The notes under the pieces were generated by a model that was not told the origin of the DNA, searched no databases, and saw only the letters and a list, made by a program, of their open reading frames with translations. The position numbers and the translations under genes are program-made. A DNA stretch of 64,000 bases, taken from positions 12,241 through 76,240 of the forward strand of contig JAFCGN010000001.1 of assembly GCA_017608045.1 (NCBI GenBank), in the 5' to 3' direction. Below, in pieces: positions 48,359-58,619 of the stretch (positions within the stretch are counted from its first letter, which is position 1; each line of letters opens with the position of its first letter). This stretch comes from Candidatus Parvarchaeota archaeon (lineage in GTDB: Archaea > Nanobdellota > Nanobdellia > JAFCGN01).

Positions 48359-48764
48359 ATGAGACCAGTTTATGAAACATTTAAAAATTTAAAATCTCGC
48401 AGAAATTTTTTTGAAAAAAATAGTTACTCTTACAATAGTAATGGAGTTAAGATTACTGACTTAAATCCTGAAAAAGAATTAATTATTAACTAAAAAATTA
48501 GGAAGACCCTTAACAAGAAAAGAAGTTTTTAATTATTATAGTTACTTAGTTGATCGTTGGAAAAGTGTTAATGATTTAACAAAAACAATTAGTGATTCTG
48601 GTAAGAGTCTTAGTTCATTAAAACAAGAGTATGGTTTTGAAGGATTTGACCTTTCAGATTATAATAATAATGAAATTAATTATTTAGCTAAAAGTTTTAA
48701 AGAAAATATTGAGAGTGTTCTTGATTATAATCCTAATGAGAGTGTTGAAGGCCTAGAAGAAAAT
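48359..48764 (+). pseudogene. protein-like reading frames upstream of and continuous with the 48765 ORF, interrupted at an A7 homopolymer
   Basis: ATG 48359 opens a 44-codon frame ending TAA 48491-48493 inside taaaaaatta. The +1 frame is then open from 48483 with no ATG/GTG/TTG until the TTG at 48765, and translates to protein-like sequence (KLGRPLTRKEVFNYYSYLVDRWKSVNDLTKTISDSGKSLSSLKQEYGFEGFDLSDYNNNEINYLAKSF...). Confidence 0.35.
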
Positions 48765-49421
48765 TTGAATTTTTTACAAAAAACAGGTCGTTGGATTAAG
48801 AATAATAAGAGTAAAATCTTAGGTGTTACTTTTCTTGGATTATTAGCTTTAGGAACAGCTTACAATGTTAAAAAGGATGTTAATGTTAAAGTGAGTGCGT
48901 TACAAACTCTTTCCGGAACAATTCACAGCATAGATTATAAACAAACACAATATGATGATTTAATTGATGCGTACGTTAATGTTGATGGTAATAATGACGG
49001 GGACATGGATGATAGTGAAGATTTTACAATATTATTTGATGATTTACTTAATACTCAAACTGAAATCTTAGAAGATTTAATAGGTAAAAGAATTCAAGTT
49101 CAAGGAGAATTAAATAATGATAACATTATTGTTTTTGGTGATGAAGATGGAACTAATGTATTTTATGTTGATTTAAATAATAATGGAAAATTTGAGGATG
49201 ATGAATTATACTGGCTTCACGAAGATGTAAGTGCGATTGATAAGATACCTTTTAATTCTGAGATAGTATCAAAAAAGGAGTATGATCTTGAGCAAAAAAA
49301 ATTACAAGAATCACGTGAAAAAAGCAAGAGGTTTTTTGAAACAACAGGTTATGTTTTTCTAGGATGGAGTATTGTAGGAGGCTTAGCTTATCTTCTTGGT
49401 TCTAAAGATAAGAATGATTAA
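48765..49421 (+). CDS. membrane-anchored acidic (Asp/Glu/Asn-rich) protein
   Basis: TTG-initiated ORF in the track; TM segment ILGVTFLGLLALGTAY, then DGNNDGDMDDSEDF-type acidic domain and a C-terminal hydrophobic segment. Confidence 0.5.
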   Translation: MNFLQKTGRWIKNNKSKILGVTFLGLLALGTAYNVKKDVNVKVSALQTLSGTIHSIDYKQTQYDDLIDAYVNVDGNNDGDMDDSEDFTILFDDLLNTQTEILEDLIGKRIQVQGELNNDNIIVFGDEDGTNVFYVDLNNNGKFEDDELYWLHEDVSAIDKIPFNSEIVSKKEYDLEQKKLQESREKSKRFFETTGYVFLGWSIVGGLAYLLGSKDKND

Positions 49422-49444
49422 TGAAATTAATTATTAACTTTTTT

Positions 49445-51562
49445 TTAAGTATTATTGTTTTTTTCTATTTTCTCTATTTCTTCATCTTCTTTTATTTCAT
49501 CTTCTTTTTTCTTCCAATCTTTTTTTGTAGGACAATTTGGATCTAAACACATTTTAAAAGGACGCATGCCCTTCCTATAACAATAAATTATTGGAGTCCC
49601 GCATTTATCACAAACTTTTCCTGTTGAAATAATTTTTCCTTTCAAAGGAATTGGATACCCTGTTGTGCAATGAACTTCTTTTTTGTATCCCTCGCAGCCA
49701 ACAAAACGTTTTTTTGTGCGCGGTGAAAACATTATTTTTAATTTATTTCCGCAATTTGGGCAGATTCCAAGTGTATTCTGTTTTTCTCTTGTTTTAATTA
49801 ATCCTTCATCAAGAAGTTTTCCAATTTCTTCTTCATTTTTTTTGAATTCTATCATTGTTTTAATAAGCACTTTTTGCGCTTCTGTTAATACTTTCTCCTT
49901 TTCTTTTTTATTTTCAAAAATGAGATTCATTTCATTTTCAAATTTACGAGTTAATTTTTCACTAAGTATGTCAGGAACATATTTTTCTAAAGCTTCTACT
50001 AAACTCATGCCAAGATCAGTAACATGAATGCTTTTATCATAAACAAAATTTCTATCATAAAGTGTTTGTAAAATATTTGCTCTTGTTGCTTTTGTTCCAA
50101 TACTTCTTTTTTCAAGTTCTTTCAATATGCTTCCTTGAGAATACCTGTTAGGAGGTTGAGTTTCTTTATCTATTTTCACAATATTCATGATTTTAACCAT
50201 ATCACCTTTATTTAAATTAGGCAAACTAATTTCTTGGAATTTTGCATAAGGACCATAAAATTCAATCCAATTTTTTTCTATTGTCCTTGAACCTGTTATC
50301 TTAAATTTATTCTTGTTTGCATCCAAAACTATTTTCATTGATTCCCTTATTGCAGGTGTTCCAAAACATGCTAAAAATCTTCTAACAATTAAATCATAAA
50401 TCTTTTTTTCAGGCCCTCTTAAAGGCCCTGGAATTTCACCTGTTGGGTGTATGGCTGGATGAGCAGGATCTGTTTTTTTACCTTCTGTTGGTTTTAATTC
50501 AGGCAATTGAAATATTTTTTCAACAAATGTTTCATATTCGCTTTGTTTTGCAAGTTTTTCAAGAATTTTTTTCAAGTTTAATTGTTTTGGTAGTTTTTGA
50601 GAACTCGTTCTAGGATAACTTATGTAAGCATTACTATAAAGGCTTTGAGCAATATCACTTGTTTGTTTTGGAGAGTATCCAAATAAATTATATGCTTCTG
50701 TTTGCAGAGATGTTAAATTAAATGGAGCAGGAGGTTTTTTACTCGTTTTTGTTTTTTTGATTTCTACAATTATTGCTTCATCAATTTGAGATTCTTTTAA
50801 TATTCTGTCTGCTTTATTCTCATCCCATATTTGTTTTTCTTCATACATTGCTTCAAAAGTCTTGTTTTTTATTTTGAATTTTAGAATTAATTGCCAGAAT
50901 GGTGTTGGTTTAAATGCTTGAATTTCTTTTTCTCTTTTTGCAAGAAATGCAAGCATTGGGCCTTGCACTCTTCCAGTGCTGATTATTCCAAAAACTTTTC
51001 CATATTTTTTTATTGCCTTAGTTAATGCTCTTGATAAATTAATGCCATAATACCAATCTAATTCATGTCTGCAAAGACCACTATTTATCATTCCAAAATC
51101 TAAAGAAGGAAGTGCGTTTTTGTAACTTTCTTCTAACTCTTCTTTTGTAAGTGTGCTGAATTTCATTCTCTTACAGTTTTCTCTTCCACAAATAAACCTA
51201 AGTATGTTATAACCAATCACACTTCCTTCTTGGTCATAATCGCATGCTACAATAAAATCATCGCAATTTTCAGCTACTTTTTTCATATTTTCATAATATT
51301 TCTCTGCATAAGCACTCTTTTTGCTTATTTTGAATGTTGGTTTCCATACAACATCAAATCTTGGATAATCACTTCCTTTTCCTTTTTGTTTTAAACCAAA
51401 TAAGTGACCTACTGCAGGAACTATAAAAATTTCTTCACCATTTCTTTTAATTTTATAATAAACAGAATCATTATCCTTTATTTTTTTGACTTCATCTTCA
51501 GCCAATGCATTTGCTATTTTTTCACTTGCACTTGGTTTTTCTGCTATAATCAATGTTGTCAT
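49445..51562 (-). CDS. topA: type IA DNA topoisomerase (Topo I/III family)
   Basis: N-terminal TOPRIM MTTLIIAEKPSASEKIA, catalytic core, C-terminal zinc ribbons (CPNCGNKLKI...; CDKCGTPI...). Confidence 0.85.
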   Translation of the reverse strand: MTTLIIAEKPSASEKIANALAEDEVKKIKDNDSVYYKIKRNGEEIFIVPAVGHLFGLKQKGKGSDYPRFDVVWKPTFKISKKSAYAEKYYENMKKVAENCDDFIVACDYDQEGSVIGYNILRFICGRENCKRMKFSTLTKEELEESYKNALPSLDFGMINSGLCRHELDWYYGINLSRALTKAIKKYGKVFGIISTGRVQGPMLAFLAKREKEIQAFKPTPFWQLILKFKIKNKTFEAMYEEKQIWDENKADRILKESQIDEAIIVEIKKTKTSKKPPAPFNLTSLQTEAYNLFGYSPKQTSDIAQSLYSNAYISYPRTSSQKLPKQLNLKKILEKLAKQSEYETFVEKIFQLPELKPTEGKKTDPAHPAIHPTGEIPGPLRGPEKKIYDLIVRRFLACFGTPAIRESMKIVLDANKNKFKITGSRTIEKNWIEFYGPYAKFQEISLPNLNKGDMVKIMNIVKIDKETQPPNRYSQGSILKELEKRSIGTKATRANILQTLYDRNFVYDKSIHVTDLGMSLVEALEKYVPDILSEKLTRKFENEMNLIFENKKEKEKVLTEAQKVLIKTMIEFKKNEEEIGKLLDEGLIKTREKQNTLGICPNCGNKLKIMFSPRTKKRFVGCEGYKKEVHCTTGYPIPLKGKIISTGKVCDKCGTPIIYCYRKGMRPFKMCLDPNCPTKKDWKKKEDEIKEDEEIEKIEKNNNT

Positions 51563-51640
51563 AAATAATAAAAAATCAAAAATTTACTTTTAAAGATTAT
51601 GCTTATATTATAATATCAAAAACAGGAACACAAGATTTGA

Positions 51641-51856
51641 TTAACCCCAAATTTCCATTTTTGCAAGCATAATATCTTCTTTTTTAACTGTTTTTCTTTT
51701 AGCATGCAAGGCAAGATCAGCGCTTCTCTCCCCAAAATGCAAGGTTATTTCAGCAAGAATATCTGCTAAAGCCATTAATGCTTTTTCATTTACTCTTTTT
51801 GCTCCGGATTTTTTAAAAATTCTCTTAATCACTGCTAAAGGAATCCTGTTCGCCAT
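51641..51856 (-). CDS. archaeal histone (HMf family, histone fold)
   Basis: 71 aa; MANRIPLAVIKRIFKKSGAKRVNEKALMALADILAEITLHFGERSADLALHAKRKTVKKEDIMLA aligns across its length with HMfB. Confidence 0.85.
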   Translation of the reverse strand: MANRIPLAVIKRIFKKSGAKRVNEKALMALADILAEITLHFGERSADLALHAKRKTVKKEDIMLAKMEIWG

Positions 51857-51921
51857 ATTTTTTTAATAAAAATTAATTGTTTATAAGAGTATTGGATTTC
51901 TTAAATTATTAGTATAATTAG

Positions 51922-51993
51922 CGCCTTGGACAGGACTCGAACCTGCGACCTGTTGGTTAACAGCCAACCGCTCTACCACTGAGCTACCAAGGC
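51922..51993 (-). tRNA. tRNA-Asn (anticodon GTT)
   Basis: Minus-strand read: acceptor GCCTTGG/CCAAGGC, D arm GCTC-AGTGGTA-GAGC, anticodon stem GTTGG/CCAAC with loop CTGTTAA, T arm GCAGG-TTCGAGT-CCTGT, discriminator G. Confidence 0.85.
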
Positions 51994-52052
51994 ATGAATA
52001 TTCTTAAAAAATTAAACTTATTTTTAAATATTCCTATTAAAATTTAATTAAA

Positions 52053-52946
52053 TTATTTTGTTGTTATAATTGGTTTATCAAGTATGATTATAGTGTGTTC
52101 TGCATAAGCAACAGGAGAATGAGTAATTTCTCTTAAAGGAGGGTAAGAATTCAAACTCCCGGATTTTACAAGGTTATGTAAAGCGTAATCTACATTCTTA
52201 AAACCAGCTTCACTCAACCACCTATTTGCAAAAGGCATGCCATTATAACTTTTTTCAATATAATTTTGAATTTTTTTCACAAAATCAATTCTTACAGGAA
52301 CTTTTTTTATCATTTCATAAATTTTTGATTTTCCTGCTTCATTTACTACTCCTTTTCCAGTTGTTATGAAAGGTTCTATTGCAATAACTGTTCCTTCAGG
52401 TATTTTAAAATTTGAATGCGTGTCAAAATTTGGAGTGCTTATGCCTGCATGAAGTTTAAATCTTTCAATACTATGACCGCTTAAATTCACAATAGGTTGG
52501 AATCCATTATTTTTTGCTTCTTCTTCAATTATTCTTCCTATTTCACTTAATGTGATTCCTGGTTCCAAAATCTTAATTACATTTTCAAGAGCGGTTTTTG
52601 CGCATTTTATTAATTCTGAGTGTTCATTATTTTCTACTTCAATTGAGTATCCTGAATCTGCAATATACCCATCAACATGTATTCCGAAATCAACTTTTAC
52701 TAAATCTCCTTTTTTTAATTTTCTTGTATCATTAATTCCTGCACAATCATGAGCAGCAATATCATTTAAAGAAATGTTTATTGGACAAGCGCACTTACCA
52801 CCTAATTCTTCAATTTTTTTTTCAAGTTTTTTTATAATCTCAATTATTAACGCATCTTTTTTTATAAGAGTTTTAGAATACTCTCTTACTTGTTTCAAGA
52901 TTTTTCCTGCTTTTTTGTATTTCTCAATTTCTTCTTCACTTAGCAT
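52053..52946 (-). CDS. map: methionine aminopeptidase, type 2 (archaeal)
   Basis: 297 aa; pita-bread fold motifs DLVKVDFGIHVDGYIADSGYS and HSIERFKLH. Confidence 0.9.
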   Translation of the reverse strand: MLSEEEIEKYKKAGKILKQVREYSKTLIKKDALIIEIIKKLEKKIEELGGKCACPINISLNDIAAHDCAGINDTRKLKKGDLVKVDFGIHVDGYIADSGYSIEVENNEHSELIKCAKTALENVIKILEPGITLSEIGRIIEEEAKNNGFQPIVNLSGHSIERFKLHAGISTPNFDTHSNFKIPEGTVIAIEPFITTGKGVVNEAGKSKIYEMIKKVPVRIDFVKKIQNYIEKSYNGMPFANRWLSEAGFKNVDYALHNLVKSGSLNSYPPLREITHSPVAYAEHTIIILDKPIITTK

Positions 52947-53001
52947 TGCTTAGATTTTAATTGTTTTAAACTTTAAAAACTTGTCTTGTATATAAATTAG
53001 C

Positions 53002-53439
53002 ATGGCTGATTTATTCATTAAATATTTTGGAAAAGATAGTGATAAAATAATAAACCCTATTTTTTTGTTTGCTAAAAGAAATAAAGTTATTGAAAATATC
53101 ATAACAATTGGTAATTACAAAAACGAGAATAATGATATAAAAATAATGGATAAGAAAATTCCTGAACACTCTGTTGTTATTATTGTTGAAAAAGACCTTG
53201 ATATAACAATTTTTAATCCAACTAAAAAAGATATTGTTATAAGGTATCATGATCCTGGGATAGAATTTTTTCCTGTTGAAAGCAAAGTAATGGCACCTGG
53301 AAAAAAGCTTAAAATTCCATTAAAAGCTCTTATGAAATTAAGAAAAAAATCAAAATATTTTTTTACAATAAGTATTCCAAAGAAAAAGCCAAGTCCTGTT
53401 GGAAAAAACGAATATTCTTTTACAATCGTGAAAGAATGA
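53002..53439 (+). CDS. hypothetical protein
   Basis: 145-aa ORF, no motif recognised. Confidence 0.45.
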   Translation: MADLFIKYFGKDSDKIINPIFLFAKRNKVIENIITIGNYKNENNDIKIMDKKIPEHSVVIIVEKDLDITIFNPTKKDIVIRYHDPGIEFFPVESKVMAPGKKLKIPLKALMKLRKKSKYFFTISIPKKKPSPVGKNEYSFTIVKE

Positions 53440-53445
53440 TTAATG

Positions 53446-55896
53446 TTATGTGAATTTTTTTAAACTTGTTTGGTCTTGGTCTAATACTTCTTTTTCATTT
53501 ATACTTAAAACAGCAAGAATATTTTTTACAGCAGGAAGCACTTGATTGTTTATGTAATAGTCTGGATCATATTCTTTTTTTTCATTTAGTGCTTGTTCGT
53601 AAATGAAACTTCGTTCACTTATGCTTCCTTTGCCTTTTGTTACTACGTATTTCATCATCATGCCCGGGAAAATATTATACCCTGCCTTTTTTGCTTTTAT
53701 TGCTGCTGCAACATGCGGTCCAATGCTTGCATAACTTTCAATATTCTTTCTTAATTGTGTGTAAATGATTACATCATCTAATTTGATTTTATTTTTTCTT
53801 AAATCATTAATTACATTCTTTATTACTTGAACTGCTTTTTTCTTATTACCTTCTTTTAATATTGCTTTTAAAACTTCGTGCTGAGTTTTCTTGCTTATTT
53901 CACTCCAATCTCTTCTAACAAATTCAAAACCTTTTACAATAATTCTTCCGTTTTCATCAATTAAAGCGTAACGTTTTTTAGCACCTTTCATGTTTCCCTT
54001 TCTGCTTACAAAAATGCCTCTTGGAAAAAAACCTTCGAGTTCAAGCTCCATTATTCCTGGAAATTCTTTGTTTATTTTTTTAATGAATGTTAAAGCATCA
54101 TTTTTTGTTTTCCCATTAAGAGCAAAAAATAATGAATCAGTATCACCATAACACACTTTGAATCCTTCTTTTTTTGCTTTTTCAATTGCTTTATGCACAT
54201 ACATTCTTCCAAGTGCAGTTACTGTCTCCACAGCAGGGAGAGAATATAATCTTGCATTTGGGAATCCAAGATAACCATAACTTGCATTAAGTATTGTTTT
54301 TAATGCTTTATCTCTTGACTTTAAAAAAGGATAATCCTTGCATTTTTTATTCATTGTTTTAAGGGAATGTTTTACTTCAAGTCTTTTATTTATGAGATTT
54401 TCAAGAACCCTTGGGAAAACTCCTTTAAAATCATTGCAAATAACATGTTTTTTGTTTTCAACTTTTATTTCTTCTTTCTTTTTGCACTTTTTGCAATCTA
54501 TTGTTTCAGGACTTATGTTATGGCTTACGATTATGGTTGGATACAAGCTTTTGAAATCAGCAATGCATATGTTATCATAAATCCCAGGAATTGGTTGGTA
54601 TACAAAACCTCCTTTGAATGTTTGATGATACCTGCTTCTTACTGCATTATACCCTGGTTTGTTTGGAAAAAGTTCGTTTTCTTTTTTCATTTCTTTTAAA
54701 AAATGGTTTTCAACATAATTGCTGTATCCTGAACGGCAAACATTAAATAATGGTAATAGTGTTAACTTACTTATTTCAAGCATTATTGGATAAATGTATT
54801 CAAACAATTCTGCTGTTAATTCTGAATCAACTAAATTATATTTTGCTAAAAGCTCTGTTTTTCCTTCATCCCATAATTTATAAATATCCTCGTGTTTAAT
54901 GTTTACTTTTCTTTTCCCAAGCATTTCTTCACTTACAGCATCAAGAGTGTAAATTTCTGTTTGCAAACTTGTTCTTAAAGCACCTATTATAAATTGGTAT
55001 AAATCAATGTGTGTGAGACCTTTTATACGCACACTATTACTCATAAAATGTTTATGCGTTCTTATGTTAGAATTATCAACACCAATGTTCATGCTTATTC
55101 CGTATTTAGCACATCTTGTTTTAATAAATGGAAAATCAAAACCATCACTATTGTATCCTACTATAAAATCAATTTTATTATCTTTAATTTTTTTAACAAA
55201 CTCTTCAAGCATTTCTTTTTCATTTTTATAAATTTTTATGTATGAGGGTTTATTTTTGAAATTTTTTGTTGTCATTACTTCTTTTTTACCATTCCAATAA
55301 CATAAAGAAATCATTATTATTTCATCTGTTGGAGAAACTCCTTTATTTGAATAAGTTTCAATATCAAAAGCAACGTAATGCGGTTTTTCAATAAATACTG
55401 GCAGGCTATTGAATGTTTCTCCTAAAATTGTGATATCTTCTCTTCCAATTTTTTTAATCTTATTCCCTCTTACTTTTACTAAGGACAGGGGGTGTAATTC
55501 ATTATCTAACAAAAATTTTGTTGGAGGAGGAACATCACTTTCTCTTTTTTCTATAAAACCTTTAATTTTTTCTGCAATTGTTTTTGTTTTTTCAATTTCT
55601 TCTATGTTTTTCCCACTTATTTTTAGAACATTAATAATGTTATTTAATTCTTTTTTTTCAACTATCTCAATTTTTATTAAATTCTTATTTAATTCTTTGC
55701 TTAATTTTTTTCTCAGAGTTTTTAAAGCACTTTGAACATTTTTGTATTTAACATAATAATAAGGGTAATACTTTATTAAGGCAATAATTTTTTCATTTTC
55801 TTTTGTGCAACCATATAATCTTATGACGTATTCATTTTCTAATGTTTTAGAATCCATGTCTGTTAAAAAAAATTCTTTTTCAATAACTTCTTTCAT
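53446..55896 (-). CDS. polB: family B DNA polymerase
   Basis: Exo I motif VAFDIETYS, polymerase motif A DFKSLYPTIIVSHNISPETI, motif B KILNASYGYLGF, motif C YGDTDS; 816 aa. Confidence 0.9.
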   Translation of the reverse strand: MKEVIEKEFFLTDMDSKTLENEYVIRLYGCTKENEKIIALIKYYPYYYVKYKNVQSALKTLRKKLSKELNKNLIKIEIVEKKELNNIINVLKISGKNIEEIEKTKTIAEKIKGFIEKRESDVPPPTKFLLDNELHPLSLVKVRGNKIKKIGREDITILGETFNSLPVFIEKPHYVAFDIETYSNKGVSPTDEIIMISLCYWNGKKEVMTTKNFKNKPSYIKIYKNEKEMLEEFVKKIKDNKIDFIVGYNSDGFDFPFIKTRCAKYGISMNIGVDNSNIRTHKHFMSNSVRIKGLTHIDLYQFIIGALRTSLQTEIYTLDAVSEEMLGKRKVNIKHEDIYKLWDEGKTELLAKYNLVDSELTAELFEYIYPIMLEISKLTLLPLFNVCRSGYSNYVENHFLKEMKKENELFPNKPGYNAVRSRYHQTFKGGFVYQPIPGIYDNICIADFKSLYPTIIVSHNISPETIDCKKCKKKEEIKVENKKHVICNDFKGVFPRVLENLINKRLEVKHSLKTMNKKCKDYPFLKSRDKALKTILNASYGYLGFPNARLYSLPAVETVTALGRMYVHKAIEKAKKEGFKVCYGDTDSLFFALNGKTKNDALTFIKKINKEFPGIMELELEGFFPRGIFVSRKGNMKGAKKRYALIDENGRIIVKGFEFVRRDWSEISKKTQHEVLKAILKEGNKKKAVQVIKNVINDLRKNKIKLDDVIIYTQLRKNIESYASIGPHVAAAIKAKKAGYNIFPGMMMKYVVTKGKGSISERSFIYEQALNEKKEYDPDYYINNQVLPAVKNILAVLSINEKEVLDQDQTSLKKFT

Positions 55897-55911
55897 ATTC
55901 TCTTTAAGGAT

Positions 55912-55949
55912 TACTTGCTTTAAAAAGTTTAAAAAATGAATTAATTTTT
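55912..55949. repeat. 38-bp perfect direct repeat copy A (promoter-proximal element 16 nt upstream of the polB ATG)
   Basis: tacttgctttaaaaagtttaaaaaatgaattaattttt, identical to 56532-56569. Confidence 0.8.
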
Positions 55950-56514
55950 AAATTCTTTTTTCAATTTCTTTTATTATTTCTCTTGTTTTTTTAATTCCCG
56001 GGTAATTCCTGTAACACAATATTTTTTTATTAATGAATTCATCAGTACTCTTGTTTAGTTTATAATCAAACTTAATAGTATAATATAAAGTTTCTAAACA
56101 GGAGTAATATTCTTTTGGTATCTCTTTTTCATTCATAGCGTTTAAAAAACTTTTTGTTGCAAGCAAGTACTCTCTTCCAATGTTTTTAATTTCTTCCTTA
56201 TTAATTATCTTAAGATTTAATTCATTGAATTTTTTCCAACCACAAGATAATTTTTCAAAAAAATTATATTCTGCTTCAAAGAGATGATTTACTTTAAAAT
56301 TTCTTTTTTCTAATCCACAAAATGCAGAGTTTAATGAAGATAATAATTTGTGAAGTTTGTTATTCAATTCTTGTTCATCACTCACATAATATAGATAAAA
56401 ACTTATTACTGAATCAACAAAACTATCATAATCTTTTTTTAAATTTTCTGAAAATATTTTTTTCCAACTTTTTTTTCTTTCAATAATAAATTCTTTTTTA
56501 TAATTTTTCTCCAT
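55948..56514 (-). CDS. hypothetical protein (predicted all-alpha)
   Basis: 188-aa ORF flanked by the two 38-bp repeats; no motif recognised. Confidence 0.5.
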   Translation of the reverse strand: MEKNYKKEFIIERKKSWKKIFSENLKKDYDSFVDSVISFYLYYVSDEQELNNKLHKLLSSLNSAFCGLEKRNFKVNHLFEAEYNFFEKLSCGWKKFNELNLKIINKEEIKNIGREYLLATKSFLNAMNEKEIPKEYYSCLETLYYTIKFDYKLNKSTDEFINKKILCYRNYPGIKKTREIIKEIEKRI

Positions 56515-56531
56515 ATACTAACTTATAATAA

Positions 56532-56569
56532 TACTTGCTTTAAAAAGTTTAAAAAATGAATTAATTTTT
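56532..56569. repeat. 38-bp perfect direct repeat copy B (18 nt upstream of the ATG of the 55948-56514 gene)
   Basis: Identical to 55912-55949. Confidence 0.8.
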
Positions 56570-56603
56570 TGAAACAATAGAGTTAAAATAATTTAATTAT
56601 CTT

Positions 56604-58571
56604 ATGATTTTTATGATTAATAATCTTCAAGGGATTGAATTAAGAGTTGTTGTTAAAGAATTACAGGTTTTATTAGGTTCAAGAGTTCAAAAAATTTATC
56701 AACCAAGCAAGAATGAAATTGTAATTTATTTTTATAAAAATCAAGATTTTATTTTAAGAATAACTGATAAAATAATACATTTAACAAAGTATAAACGAAA
56801 GAATCCTATAACGCCTTCTCAGTATGCAATGCTTTTAAGAAAAAATTTAATGAATTCAAGAATTAAAAACATTAAACAAATAGAAAGTGAAAGAATTTTA
56901 AGAATTGAGTTTGATAATGATTTTTCTTTAATTATTGAATTGTTTAGCAAAGGAAATATTATTCTTTTAAAAGAAGATGTTATTAAGTATCCTTTAAAAA
57001 TACAAGTTTGGTCAACAAGAAAAATAAAACCAAATGAAAAATATGAGCTGCCTCCAAAGAAAATTAATTTATTTAAAGTATCGTATTCTGATTTTAAAAA
57101 AATTTTAATGTTTTCAGACAAACAAATTGTTAAAGTACTTGCTGTTGATTTAGGAATAAGCGGGGTGTATGCAGAGGAAATTTGTTTGAACGCGGGGATT
57201 AACAAGACATTGAAAGGGGAATTATTAAATGATGAGGAAACAAGAAAAATATATGATGAATTCAAAAAATTGTTGCAATGTTTGGAAGAAAGTAAGGGAT
57301 ATTGTGTTTATGATTATAATAAGATGATTGATGTTGTGCCAATAAAATTGAATATTTATGAAAATAAAAAATTTAAAGAATTCCCAACTTTTAATGAAGC
57401 GCTTGATTATTACTTTACAGAATATCAAAAAAAAGGGATTAAACAAGAGAGAATGCTTGCTTATGAAAATAAAATAAATCAGTTAAAAACAATCTTGAAA
57501 AATCAAGAAGAGAATATTGAGTTATTTAAAAAGAAATCTGAAGAAAATAGAAGAAAAGGAGAATTTATTAAAGAAAACCTTTATTTGCTTGAAAACTTGC
57601 TTAAGTCTCTTAGGAATGCAAAACAACAGTATTCATGGGAGAAGATTAAACATTTGCTTGAAAACGAAAAAGAAAAAGGGGTTCCAGAAGCATTAATGAT
57701 AAAAGAACTTGTTCCTGAAGAAGGAAGAATAATACTTGATTCTGTTCCTGAAATATCTCTTACATTAAATGATAGTATTCCCATGATTATGAATGACTTC
57801 TTTGAAAAAGCAAAAAAGAATGAAGAAAAAATAATAAACGCGCAGAATAAGATGCTTGAAACAAGAAAGAAAATAAGTGAATTCGAGAATAGAAAAAAAT
57901 TTTATGAAAGGGAATCAGAGAAAGAATTGCCTAAAATAATTCAAAAAAAGAAAAAAGAATGGTATGAAAATTATAAATGGTTTTTTACTTCAAATAATAA
58001 TCTTGTTGTAAGTGGAAAAGATGAAAATACAAATATAATGTTGTTAAAAAAGCATTTGGAAGGTGATGACCTTGTTTTTCACACTGAGATTACTGGAAGC
58101 CCTTTCACTCTTCTAAAAAACGGGAGTTCTTCAAATGAATTAGAAAAACGGGAAGCCGCAAGTTTTACAGCATCAAATTCTAAGGCATGGAGTCTTGGTT
58201 ATGGAAGTGTAGAAGTTTTTTATGTTAAACCTTTCCAAATTACAAAAACAGCGCCTTCTGGAGAGTACATAAGAAGAGGTAGTTTTGTTATTAAAGGCAA
58301 AAAAAATTTTATTAAAGATTTAAAAATTGAACTTGCGATTGGTGTTTCAAACGATTTTAAAGTTATTGGAGGACCGTTTAGTGCTGTGAAAAAACATTCA
58401 ATTGCAAGAGTAATAATTGCGCCAGGTGGAGAAAACACCGGGGATATTGCAAAAAAAGTAAAACAAATTATTCTTGAAAGAGTAAGTGAGAGTCTAAAAG
58501 AGAAAATAAAAAACATTCCTTTGGAAGAATTTCAAAAATGGATTCCTGGAAAAAGCAGAATCGTGTTTTGA
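56604..58571 (+). CDS. NFACT-family ribosome quality-control protein (RqcH/NEMF homolog, FbpA-like)
   Basis: N-terminal NFACT-N (IELRVVVKELQVLLGSRVQKIYQ), HhH segment, long coiled coil, C-terminal NFACT-R/DUF814 (HTEITGSPFTLLKN); start may be Met4 at 56613. Confidence 0.8.
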   Translation: MIFMINNLQGIELRVVVKELQVLLGSRVQKIYQPSKNEIVIYFYKNQDFILRITDKIIHLTKYKRKNPITPSQYAMLLRKNLMNSRIKNIKQIESERILRIEFDNDFSLIIELFSKGNIILLKEDVIKYPLKIQVWSTRKIKPNEKYELPPKKINLFKVSYSDFKKILMFSDKQIVKVLAVDLGISGVYAEEICLNAGINKTLKGELLNDEETRKIYDEFKKLLQCLEESKGYCVYDYNKMIDVVPIKLNIYENKKFKEFPTFNEALDYYFTEYQKKGIKQERMLAYENKINQLKTILKNQEENIELFKKKSEENRRKGEFIKENLYLLENLLKSLRNAKQQYSWEKIKHLLENEKEKGVPEALMIKELVPEEGRIILDSVPEISLTLNDSIPMIMNDFFEKAKKNEEKIINAQNKMLETRKKISEFENRKKFYERESEKELPKIIQKKKKEWYENYKWFFTSNNNLVVSGKDENTNIMLLKKHLEGDDLVFHTEITGSPFTLLKNGSSSNELEKREAASFTASNSKAWSLGYGSVEVFYVKPFQITKTAPSGEYIRRGSFVIKGKKNFIKDLKIELAIGVSNDFKVIGGPFSAVKKHSIARVIIAPGGENTGDIAKKVKQIILERVSESLKEKIKNIPLEEFQKWIPGKSRIVF

Positions 58572-58619
58572 GAATTAAAAAAATAAAAAAGAAGAAACTT
58601 CTAAATGTTGAAAAACAAT

